The notes beneath the pieces were generated by a model. The model was given only the letters and a program-made list of their open reading frames with translations, made no database searches and was not told the origin of the DNA. The position numbers and the translations under genes were made by a program. A stretch of 64,000 nucleotides of DNA, taken from NCBI GenBank assembly GCA_049287025.1, contig JBAQFA010000051.1, positions 65,697-129,696 on the forward strand, given 5' to 3'. The DNA is from Candidatus Magasanikiibacteriota bacterium (lineage in GTDB: Bacteria > Patescibacteriota > Patescibacteriia > Magasanikbacterales > UBA922). Shown here piece after piece: positions 46,562 to 54,027 of this stretch (position 1 is the stretch's first letter; every line of letters begins with the position of its first letter).

Positions 46562-46885
46562 ATAGAGTTTAATTATAGGGCGCAGAGATGGAGTGCTGCG
46601 CGGGTTATCACGACGCCGTGCAGGCCGGTAGCACAGCTCTGAGCTGAACTACCCGGATTGCATTGCAACACTCCATCTGGACGCTTTCACGTCCTTGCCC
46701 TCCTTTTTGGCTTTTGCAGTCTGTAAACACGCTTTGATGCGGCGACAAGGGGGTGCCTTGATTGGCATACCCTTTGTGCTTACAGACGGCGTCTGCCTTT
46801 TCCATTTTCCTCCTAGTTAGAGTAAACAACAACCGTGGTGCGTGAACTATCTTCGGTTGTTGTTTCTCTCGGTTGGTGTATTTGA
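46562..46885. other. GC-rich (~55-60%) structured island with no convincing ORF: candidate ncRNA of unknown class or horizontally acquired fragment
   Basis: Nested inverted repeats: agatggagtg at 46578-46587 pairs with cactccatct about 90 nt downstream. Hairpins cagctc-tg-gagctg and ttgcattgcaa. Hairpin aaacaacaaccg...cggttgttgttt near the 3' end. Confidence 0.3.
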
Positions 46886-46919
46886 GATATATCATTATTT
46901 ATTAATTTTGTCAACAGTC

Positions 46920-46948
46920 TTGACTTTATATAAATTTCATACTATAAT
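46920..46948 (+). promoter_or_regulatory. Sigma70 consensus-like promoter for ndk
   Basis: TTGACT at 46920-46925, 17-nt spacer, TATAAT at 46943-46948. ATG lies 30 bp downstream. Confidence 0.5.
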
Positions 46949-46977
46949 CTAGCCAATAAATTTTAATCTATATTTAT

Positions 46978-47457
46978 ATGAATTTTGAAGGAATTTTTGA
47001 AAAAACGATTTTAATTGTTAAACCAGATGGCGTACAAAGAAGTTTGGTTGGTGAAGTGTTGCGTCGTTTGGAATTAAAAGGTCTTAAAATTGTTGGTCTA
47101 AAAATGATGTTACTAGACGAAATAAAACTTCGCGAACACTACGCTCATCATGTAGAAAAGCCATTTTATTCTGGTTTGGAAAAGTTTATGAAATCCAGCC
47201 CAGTGGTTTGTATTTGTGCTGAAGGTAAAGGGGCCGTAGAAGCTGTGCGTTTGATCGCTGGCACCACTAATGCGGCCAAAGCTGACGGTGGCACAATTCG
47301 TGGTGACCTCGCTATGGGTATGTGTAATGTGGTACATTGTAGTGATAGTGTAGAAACTTCCAAAGCTGAAGTAGAGAGATTTTTTAAAGAAGGTGAAATC
47401 TTTGATTATGATAAGACAGAATATTTGCATGTATATATGGATGATGAACGAGTGTAA
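46978..47457 (+). CDS. ndk: Nucleoside diphosphate kinase
   Basis: 159 aa. 'TILIVKPDGVQRSLVGEVLRR', 'NVVHCSDS' (active-site His), 'RGDLA'. Confidence 0.9.
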   Translation: MNFEGIFEKTILIVKPDGVQRSLVGEVLRRLELKGLKIVGLKMMLLDEIKLREHYAHHVEKPFYSGLEKFMKSSPVVCICAEGKGAVEAVRLIAGTTNAAKADGGTIRGDLAMGMCNVVHCSDSVETSKAEVERFFKEGEIFDYDKTEYLHVYMDDERV

Positions 47458-47496
47458 GTTTAAGAAGTATCTAAGTTTTCTAAGTTAACTAAGTTT

Positions 47497-47529
47497 AAAA
47501 GCGCCTTTATATTATGAAGCGCTTTTTTT
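47497..47529 (+). terminator. Rho-independent terminator after ndk
   Basis: aaaagcgc-(14-nt loop)-gcgctttt followed by Ts. Confidence 0.5.
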
Positions 47530-47908
47530 GTACAAAAAGTTATCCACACTAGGTCTTGCAAATTTTTTGGCGTTTTAGTAAGATAAAACAGATAGAAATA
47601 ATATGAATTCACAAAATAACAACCAAAATATATATAAGAACTGGAGTATCAAGTTGTCTATTGTCGTACGCAATCTTTTTGTGTACGTTTTGTATTCTAG
47701 GGTGCTATATATAAATGGTTGCTATAATGATTAATAAATATTTATATAATAAAAAGCACTCTAGAAAAACTAGAGTGCTTTAATTTTATAAAAATTGTTC
47801 TTTAAACAAGGAGGAAATAGGGTAGACAAATATTTTTAACAGATAGATAATTAAAATTAGTTATTTTTCTGGTGGAGATATCAACCAAATATCTTTTGGA
47901 GGGATCCA

Positions 47909-48097
47909 ATGGGAAAACAGGAGTGGACCTGTCCTGGATGTGGTTGTGATGTCAAGAAGAAGAACACTCGGCTCTGCCCCGAGTGTGGAGTTGGTCGGTA
48001 CGATAAAAAGCGTACACCACAAGTTGGTGTGTCGCCGGCAATCATGAGCTTTTTCGAGATTGCTTATCCTCCTGAAACAAGGAGGAAAAAATCGTGA
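47909..48097 (+). CDS. Zinc-ribbon microprotein (CPxCG ... CPECG)
   Basis: 62 aa, 'MGKQEWTCPGCGCDVKKKNTRLCPECGVGRYDKKR'. SD GGAGGG lies 5 nt before the ATG. Locally GC-rich. Competing antisense ORF 47861..48157 rejected. Confidence 0.45.
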   Translation: MGKQEWTCPGCGCDVKKKNTRLCPECGVGRYDKKRTPQVGVSPAIMSFFEIAYPPETRRKKS

Positions 48098-48491
48098 CGA
48101 CAGTATGGGGTGGCGGGAGTATGGACTTGTGGTCTTTCCCGCCACCCTGAGGATCATGACAAAACCGCCAGAAACTTGAGAGAAAAATTTATTGTTCTTT
48201 CAAGGAGGTTACGGCGGTTTTGTTTTTAAATTTGACATGGTTATTTTGATGTGAGATAATATGTTTGATCCTGATAGCTGTGGCAGTTCATATCATATCC
48301 GCAAATATTCATACTTGGGAAACCTATATTTCTCCAGCCTGTGGGCTAGAGGTGCGGTTACCCACCTGATTTTCAGGGGTATGGATATGTCCTGCTTCGG
48401 GCTGATGGATCTACAAAAGACAATCTTAAAGAGGTTGTTTTTTTAACTTGACTTTTGTAATTAATTAGTGTATTATATTTTTGCTTTTTAT

Positions 48492-48565
48492 GGACCCGTA
48501 GCTCAGTTGGTTAGAGCGCTACATTGACATTGTAGAGGTCAGAAGTTCAACTCTTCTCGGGTCTA
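48492..48565 (+). tRNA. tRNA-Val (anticodon GAC)
   Basis: GGACCCG-TA-GCTCAGTTGGTTAGAGC-G-CTACA-TTGACAT-TGTAG-AGGTC-AGAAG-TTCAACT-CTTCT-CGGGTCT-A. No CCA encoded. Confidence 0.85.
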
Positions 48566-48670
48566 CAGAGGATGCTCAGTTTCGGCCAAAGGCCGACCAG
48601 CCTCTGGCTGGGGTTAGAGCGTCCCGATTTTACATCGGGAAGGTCAGAAGTTCAACTCTTCTCGGGTCTA
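48566..48670 (+). other. Partial tRNA-Val duplicate lacking a 5' acceptor strand, with the anticodon arm replaced by hairpin tcccga-ttttaca-tcggga (UUA anticodon-like loop)
   Basis: 48613-48670 repeats GGTTAGAGCG ... AGGTCAGAAGTTCAACTCTTCTCGGGTCTA, the exact 30-nt 3' end of tRNA-Val. The preceding 48 nt contain the hairpins tcggcc-aaa-ggccga and agcc-tct-ggct. No sequence pairs with the 3' acceptor strand. Confidence 0.4.
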
Positions 48671-48758
48671 CTAGGGCTTTGCTTATACTATGCCCTATAA
48701 ATAGTTTACTACTTGAAAAAATTTTATAAGTGTAGTATACTCCTTTTACTTTTTATAA

Positions 48759-48835
48759 AGGGCAATTAGCTCAGTTGGCTAGAGCGCAACACTGATAATG
48801 TTGAGGTCCCAGGTTCGATTCCTGGATTGCCCACC
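48759..48835 (+). tRNA. tRNA-Ile (anticodon GAT)
   Basis: GGGCAAT-TA-GCTCAGTTGGCTAGAGC-G-CAACA-CTGATAA-TGTTG-AGGTC-CCAGG-TTCGATT-CCTGG-ATTGCCC-A-CCA. CCA is encoded. Confidence 0.9.
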
Positions 48836-48945
48836 AAACACAGTTGGACAAAACTGTGTTTTAATTTACAAAAAAGATGCTTAGTAATGAGATTCTCGGA
48901 GCGAAGCGAAGATCCCGATTTTTATCGGGACTGGATTGCCCACCA
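48836..48945 (+). other. Terminator hairpin, then a second tcccga-tttttat-cggga hairpin fused to a 15-nt copy of the tRNA-Ile 3' end (ctggattgcccacca)
   Basis: aacacagtt-ggacaaa-aactgtgtt followed by T4 at 48836-48868. 48909-48945 reads gatcccgatttttatcgggactggattgcccacca, then the hairpin ccgtcc-aaaata-ggacgg. Confidence 0.4.
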
Positions 48946-49024
48946 AGCCGTCCAAAATAGGACGGTTTTAAATTTGATTTTTTTGGGAAATAGGTATATA
49001 ATTGATTTTACATTAATTTATTTT

Positions 49025-49663
49025 ATGATACTAAATCTTACAGAAAAACAAAAGGCTGAAGAAGATGGAGAGGAAGAGTCTTTACCGATTGTAAGTGAGA
49101 CAGAAAAGGGTTTTTTGGCTAAAACCAGTCTTTTCTTTTTGGAGTTAATCAAGATTGTCATCTTGGCGGCAATTACCATTGGTTTGGTACGTTATTTTTT
49201 GTTCAAACCATTTTATGTAAAAGGTCAATCAATGGAACCAAATTTTTATGAAAGTGACTACCTTATTATAGATGAGTTATCTTATCGTTTTCGTGAACCC
49301 GAGCGGGGGGAGGTTATTGTTTTTCGCGCTCCCGTAGATAAAAAAGAATTTTACTTGAAAAGAATTTTAGGCTTGCCTGGTGAGAGAGTGAAGGTTGGTG
49401 ATGGTAAAGTCGTGGTTTATAACAATGATTATCCCCAAGGAATTTTAGTGGATGAATATTATTTGACCGAAAGCACACCTGGTTCAACTATGACTACTTT
49501 AGGATCAGATCAATATTTTGTAATGGGGGATAATCGTGATGCCAGTTATGATTCACGTCGGTTTGGTCCGATTGACAAAAATGACGTTGTTGGACGCGCT
49601 TGGGTGAGAGGTTGGCCATTTACTCGAGTAGGTAAGTTGGGCACGCCTGAATATAATTTTTAG
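49025..49663 (+). CDS. lepB: Signal peptidase I (S26 family)
   Basis: 'FYVKGQSMEPNFYESDYLIIDE', 'GEVIVFRAP', 'YLKRILGLPGERV', 'YFVMGDNRDASYDSRRFGPI'. Start set at ATG 49025. The track ORF start at 48827 runs through the tRNA-like fragment. Confidence 0.8.
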   Translation: MILNLTEKQKAEEDGEEESLPIVSETEKGFLAKTSLFFLELIKIVILAAITIGLVRYFLFKPFYVKGQSMEPNFYESDYLIIDELSYRFREPERGEVIVFRAPVDKKEFYLKRILGLPGERVKVGDGKVVVYNNDYPQGILVDEYYLTESTPGSTMTTLGSDQYFVMGDNRDASYDSRRFGPIDKNDVVGRAWVRGWPFTRVGKLGTPEYNF

Positions 49664-49687
49664 ATTATAAATTTTTAAAAGATATTT

Positions 49688-51106
49688 ATGCTAACAAAAA
49701 ATAAAAAAACTGCAATTAAAAAAAAGAAAATCATATCACCGAAGAAGGTTGAAAATAAAGTTACTGTAAATTTGGAAGAAAAAAATGATGAAATTGTTGA
49801 AGGGATTAAAACTGCCAAAGGTAAAGTTTTGTCTTTACTGAGAGGTTTTAAAGATATTCTTCCAAAGGAAGATAATTATTGGAAAACAATTCGTCATTCG
49901 GCTGAAGATTTGGCCGAAGCCTATGGCTATAAATGGATTGAAACACCGATTGTAGAAGAAGCGGGTTTGTTTATTAGATCAATTGGTAAAGGTACAGATG
50001 TCGTGGATAAGGAAATGTATGTGTTTGAAGATACTGATGGTGATAAAATTTGTCTTCGACCAGAAGCCACAGCTTCAGTTGCTCGAGCTTATATTTTACA
50101 TGGTATGCATTCTTTGCCTCAGCCGGTAAAGGTGTGGTATTTAGGACCAATGTTTCGCCATGACCGACCACAGGCTGGCCGATATAGAGAATTTCACCAG
50201 TTTAGTTGTGAGACTCTAGGGGTAAAAGACCCAGTCGTAGATGCCGAATTAATTGCGGTGGCTTATAATTTTTTAAAAGATCTAAATATTAGTTCAGTGG
50301 TTTATATCAATAGTATTGGCACTTTGGCAGATAGACAAAATTATATTGTAGAATTAGTTGGTTATTTGCGAGCCAAGAGAAGCTATTTGTGTGAGGAATG
50401 TAAAAAAAGAATAAATAAAAATCCATTGCGGGTTTTGGATTGTAAAAATCCTGATTGCAAAACTATTTTGGAAGAAGTGCCCCAGATTATAGACTGGTTA
50501 AGTGATGAATCTAGAAATTTTTTCATGAAAGTTTTGGAATATTTGGATGATCTTAATATTCCTTATGAATTAAAACCAACTTTGGTACGTGGACTAGATT
50601 ATTATACTGATACCGTTTTTGAATTATATAAAGAAAGTGGCGAAGAGGGAGCCCAAAGCGCTCTTGGTGGTGGTGGTCGTTATGATGGTTTGGTGGCTGA
50701 ATTAGGTGGTAAAGAATCAGTTCCGGGTTGTGGTTTTTCTCTAGGTCTAGAAAGAATTGTAAATGTTTTGAAAGAACAACAACAGGCGAGTGGTATTGAA
50801 TATCAAGAAACTAATAAATTTTATTTTGCTCAGCTTGGTGAACAGGCTAGACGTAAGACTTTAAAAATATTAGAAGAATTACGTTTGAATGGAATTGTCG
50901 TAAAGCATAATTTGGCCAAGACTGCCTTGAAGGCACAGTTGGAATTGGCCAACAAATACAAAGCTGATTACACTTTGATTTTGGGTCAAAAAGAAGTTCA
51001 GGATGGTACAATTATTATTCGTGATATGGAGTCGGGAATTCAGGAAATTATTGATCAAAAGAAATTGGTTCCAGCTATAAAAAAGAAATTGGAGAAAATG
51101 AACTAG
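49688..51106 (+). CDS. hisS: Histidine--tRNA ligase (class II), with a ~45-aa Lys-rich N-terminal extension
   Basis: 'GFKDILPKE', 'ICLRPEATASVARAY', 'FRHDRPQAGRYREFHQFSCE', 'GGGGRYDGLV'. Confidence 0.85.
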   Translation: MLTKNKKTAIKKKKIISPKKVENKVTVNLEEKNDEIVEGIKTAKGKVLSLLRGFKDILPKEDNYWKTIRHSAEDLAEAYGYKWIETPIVEEAGLFIRSIGKGTDVVDKEMYVFEDTDGDKICLRPEATASVARAYILHGMHSLPQPVKVWYLGPMFRHDRPQAGRYREFHQFSCETLGVKDPVVDAELIAVAYNFLKDLNISSVVYINSIGTLADRQNYIVELVGYLRAKRSYLCEECKKRINKNPLRVLDCKNPDCKTILEEVPQIIDWLSDESRNFFMKVLEYLDDLNIPYELKPTLVRGLDYYTDTVFELYKESGEEGAQSALGGGGRYDGLVAELGGKESVPGCGFSLGLERIVNVLKEQQQASGIEYQETNKFYFAQLGEQARRKTLKILEELRLNGIVVKHNLAKTALKAQLELANKYKADYTLILGQKEVQDGTIIIRDMESGIQEIIDQKKLVPAIKKKLEKMN

Positions 51107-51188
51107 TTTATTTGACTTTTGGCTAGAACTAGTGTATTATTAAAACAAGATTAATTTATCTAATTTTATTCACAGGAGGTGAATAAGT

Positions 51189-51434
51189 ATGTCAGAAATA
51201 AAACGTAAAAAAGGTGAATCCTTTGAAGCTTTTATGCGCCGAATTAAACGGCGTTGGCAACAGTCCGGTAAATTGTTACAGGCTCGTAAAATCCAATACG
51301 TCCAACCTACCTTGAGCAAGAACATGCAAAAGAAGCATACCGTAAAAAAGTTGCAAATGGTTTCAAAAATGAATTATCTGCGTAAAATTGGTCGTTTACC
51401 AGAAGAAGAAGAAAAATTCACTAAAAGAAAATAA
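51189..51434 (+). CDS. rpsU: 30S ribosomal protein S21
   Basis: 81 aa, basic. 'GESFEAFMRRIKRRWQQSGKLLQARK'. SD AGGAGGTG lies 8 nt upstream. Confidence 0.7.
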   Translation: MSEIKRKKGESFEAFMRRIKRRWQQSGKLLQARKIQYVQPTLSKNMQKKHTVKKLQMVSKMNYLRKIGRLPEEEEKFTKRK

Positions 51435-51439
51435 ACTTT

Positions 51440-51883
51440 ATGTCTTTGCGTGATGTAATTCAGGAGGCGCAAAAACAAGCTATGAAAGAACGCAAAGAGA
51501 AAACCTTATCTACTTTGCGTCTTTTGTGGTCACAAATTAGAAATACCGAGATTGATAAAAAAAGCGATCTGACTGATAGTGAAATTTTGGATGTGATCAA
51601 ACGGCAAGTTAAACAATTAAAAGATTCATTAAAAGATTTTGAACGGGGCGGTCGACAAGATTTGATCATGGGTGTAAATGAAGAAGTGAATTTGCTAGAA
51701 AGTTATTTGCCAGCGCAAATGGGAGATGAAGAACTCAAAAAAATAACTGAAGAAGTTTTGCAAAAAAATAATATTACTGAAACAAAAGATATAGGAAAAG
51801 CGATTGGCCTCGTGATGAAAGAAATTAATGGTGGGGCAGACGGTAATCGAGTGCGCGAGTTGATCAGTCAAATTCTAAAATAA
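51440..51883 (+). CDS. GatB/YqeY-domain protein
   Basis: 147 aa. 'DSEILDVIKRQVKQLKDSLKDFERGGRQDL', 'ELKKITEEVLQ' are YqeY-like. Confidence 0.65.
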   Translation: MSLRDVIQEAQKQAMKERKEKTLSTLRLLWSQIRNTEIDKKSDLTDSEILDVIKRQVKQLKDSLKDFERGGRQDLIMGVNEEVNLLESYLPAQMGDEELKKITEEVLQKNNITETKDIGKAIGLVMKEINGGADGNRVRELISQILK

Positions 51884-51899
51884 ATAAAAAAATTAATTC

Positions 51900-54020
51900 T
51901 TGTCCCTGGTTTCCATGCTGACTAGGACTGACAAAAAATTAAATTGGTTAAAAAGAACTACCACATTGTTTGCGGTTATTTTTATGGTAGTTTTTTTGTT
52001 TGCTTTTTTGCAACCGACCTCTGCTCAAGGAGTAATACAAGGTGGCAATGAAAATACTGATACTCTTGGTATAGAAACTATTGATCAAAATATTGGTTTG
52101 ACTGGTATGGACATAAGATTAGTAGCGGTCAAAATCATTCGGGCAGTTTTAGGTTTACTTGGTATTATTGTTTTGGGTTTAGTTTTATATGCAGGTTATA
52201 CTATTATGACCTCAGGTGGTAATGAAGAAAAAGTTCAACAAGGTAAAAAGATCTTGATCAATGCGGTAATTGGTCTCATAATTATAATGTCTGCCTTTGC
52301 TATAGTACAATTTATTATTAATATGCTTAGTGGCAATGGCGGTAGATTTGGAAATGATAATAGTTCTCGTCCAAGAATTGAGACTTTTGCTGGCAGTGGG
52401 TCACTGGGCAAAATAATCCGTGATCATTACCCAATGCGAGGGCAAACTGGAGTAAAAAGAAATACAAAAGTAATGATTACTTTTGCCGATGCAATTGACC
52501 CGAGTACCATAATAGAAAATACTAACAATACTTGCTGGGCTCCAGATGGTTCCCCAACATCCACTTGTCCTACTGGAGCAGTTCCATATTATGGTGATTG
52601 TTTGGTGCGAGCAGATTTTGATTGGGGGAGAGATTGTGATCATCTAATTTCCAACAATTTAATTATTTATAAAACAGATGATACAACCAAGACTCCGGTA
52701 GAGTCGGCTGCTATGACGACTTATAATGCTGATAGAGATGCTTTTACTTTTGTATTCAAGCCACTTTCCCCATTAGGTAGTGATGAGGGAGACGTGTGGT
52801 ATACAGTGACTTTGGATAATGATATAAAAAGAAAAACAGGTGAAGGTGCTTTTGATAGTCAATTTTATAAATATTATACGTGGCAATTTCAAACTGATAC
52901 AGGATTTGATTTCACACCACCATATGTAGTAAGTGTTGATCCAGTGGCAACTGATAATAATATTTCAAAAAATACTATTATACAGATTATGTTTAATGAA
53001 GCGATGGATCCGACAGCGGTACAAGGAGTTTTGGACGGTACTGGTTTATTTAATAATTTAGTTTTTCATAGTGTGAGTATAACTGGTGAGTGGCAAGTGT
53101 CCAATGGTTACACAACCGTAGAATTTGTTTCAGACCAACCGTGTGGCATAAATAGTTGTGGCGGAACAATTTATTGTTTGCAATTGGATTGTTCGCCAAT
53201 AGACACAGATTGTTCAGAAGATTTTCAAACACTTATTCGTACAGCCGCGAAGTTGTCTGGAGGGCAATCATTTGAAGCTCTGCCTTTTTCTGGAGTTATG
53301 GATGCCGCTGGCAATGCTCTAGATGGCAATGAAGATGATATAGCTCAGACTAAGCCACCTATGCCAGGCACAATGGAGGAGAGAGCAGTTATTGGGCTTG
53401 GTGAAGAGACAGCTGACAACTATTTGTGGTCTTATAACGTAAAAAATAAAATTGATAATATATCACCCTATGTCCAAAAAGTTTATCCTGGGTTAGACGA
53501 AGGGTCGGTGTCAAAAGACGCTGTAGTAGAAATTAATTTTAGTCGAAAAATGCGTTCGTATAATTTTAGTGATATCCAATTGGACCAACACCCTGATGTT
53601 GTAGATGATTTAAATATTGATTTTGCTTTTTGGGTCAGATCAATTGTTAGTGAAAATAATAAAACAATTGGAAGAATATATAATAGTAGTGGTTTTGGTT
53701 CTAATGGAGCTAATTTTTATTATTTTCCTCAAGTGCCAAGTAGTATCGTAAGTACAAATTTTAATTGTTTGTACCCTGGTCGGGGTCCAGTCAGATCACC
53801 ATCGGATATTAATTTTTCTCCCACTTGTGTTGTTGGTGAATATGACGAAAATGGTAATCCGATTGCATCGTCAATTCAAAATTGTGTGAATGTTAGTAAC
53901 GTTAGTTCAACTATAGATACTGGCTGTATTGATGTTAGTGATGTAAATGTACAGGCAACTGATTCAGTGACTAGTTGTTTAAATTATCTTCAACGACTTG
54001 ATGTTAGTCCAATTTTTTAA
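51900..54020 (+). CDS. Large surface protein with an N-terminal double-TM VirB2/TrbC-pilin-like module and a cysteine-rich extracellular region
   Basis: 706 aa. 'IRLVAVKIIRAVLGLLGIIVLGLVLYAGYTIMTSGGNEEKVQQGKKILINAVIGLIIIMSAFAIVQFIINML', then a Cys-rich domain. Paralogous N-terminus to the next gene. Confidence 0.65.
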   Translation: MSLVSMLTRTDKKLNWLKRTTTLFAVIFMVVFLFAFLQPTSAQGVIQGGNENTDTLGIETIDQNIGLTGMDIRLVAVKIIRAVLGLLGIIVLGLVLYAGYTIMTSGGNEEKVQQGKKILINAVIGLIIIMSAFAIVQFIINMLSGNGGRFGNDNSSRPRIETFAGSGSLGKIIRDHYPMRGQTGVKRNTKVMITFADAIDPSTIIENTNNTCWAPDGSPTSTCPTGAVPYYGDCLVRADFDWGRDCDHLISNNLIIYKTDDTTKTPVESAAMTTYNADRDAFTFVFKPLSPLGSDEGDVWYTVTLDNDIKRKTGEGAFDSQFYKYYTWQFQTDTGFDFTPPYVVSVDPVATDNNISKNTIIQIMFNEAMDPTAVQGVLDGTGLFNNLVFHSVSITGEWQVSNGYTTVEFVSDQPCGINSCGGTIYCLQLDCSPIDTDCSEDFQTLIRTAAKLSGGQSFEALPFSGVMDAAGNALDGNEDDIAQTKPPMPGTMEERAVIGLGEETADNYLWSYNVKNKIDNISPYVQKVYPGLDEGSVSKDAVVEINFSRKMRSYNFSDIQLDQHPDVVDDLNIDFAFWVRSIVSENNKTIGRIYNSSGFGSNGANFYYFPQVPSSIVSTNFNCLYPGRGPVRSPSDINFSPTCVVGEYDENGNPIASSIQNCVNVSNVSSTIDTGCIDVSDVNVQATDSVTSCLNYLQRLDVSPIF

Positions 54021-54027
54021 TTAGTTT

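Noticed and set aside
46562-46885. tmRNA, SRP RNA, T-box or cobalamin riboswitch identity for the GC-rich island
   Set aside because: On either strand there is no tRNA-like acceptor and T-arm (GGTTCGANTCC...CCA), no ALAA-type tag ORF, no SRP domain IV motif (GGAA tetraloop with flanking AGG/GCA), no T-box sequence and no B12 box.
46608-46895. 95-aa minus-strand ORF inside the GC-rich island, as a confident CDS
   Set aside because: No family similarity. The upstream 30 codons lack an RBS, and the internal ATG has an SD spaced only 3 nt away. The region's heavy secondary structure fits an RNA element equally well, so it is kept as an open question.
47861-48157. 98-aa minus-strand ORF overlapping the zinc-ribbon gene
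   Set aside because: The plus-strand alternative has an SD, a clean CPxCG...CPECG zinc-ribbon and a hairpin after its stop. The minus ORF has no features.
48566-48670. Functional ochre-suppressor tRNA (UUA anticodon)
   Set aside because: The D-arm remnant, hairpin, T-arm and 3' acceptor strand are present, but nothing upstream can pair with CGGGTCT to form an acceptor stem. Genes in the window also terminate normally at TAA. It is treated as a partial duplicate or scar.
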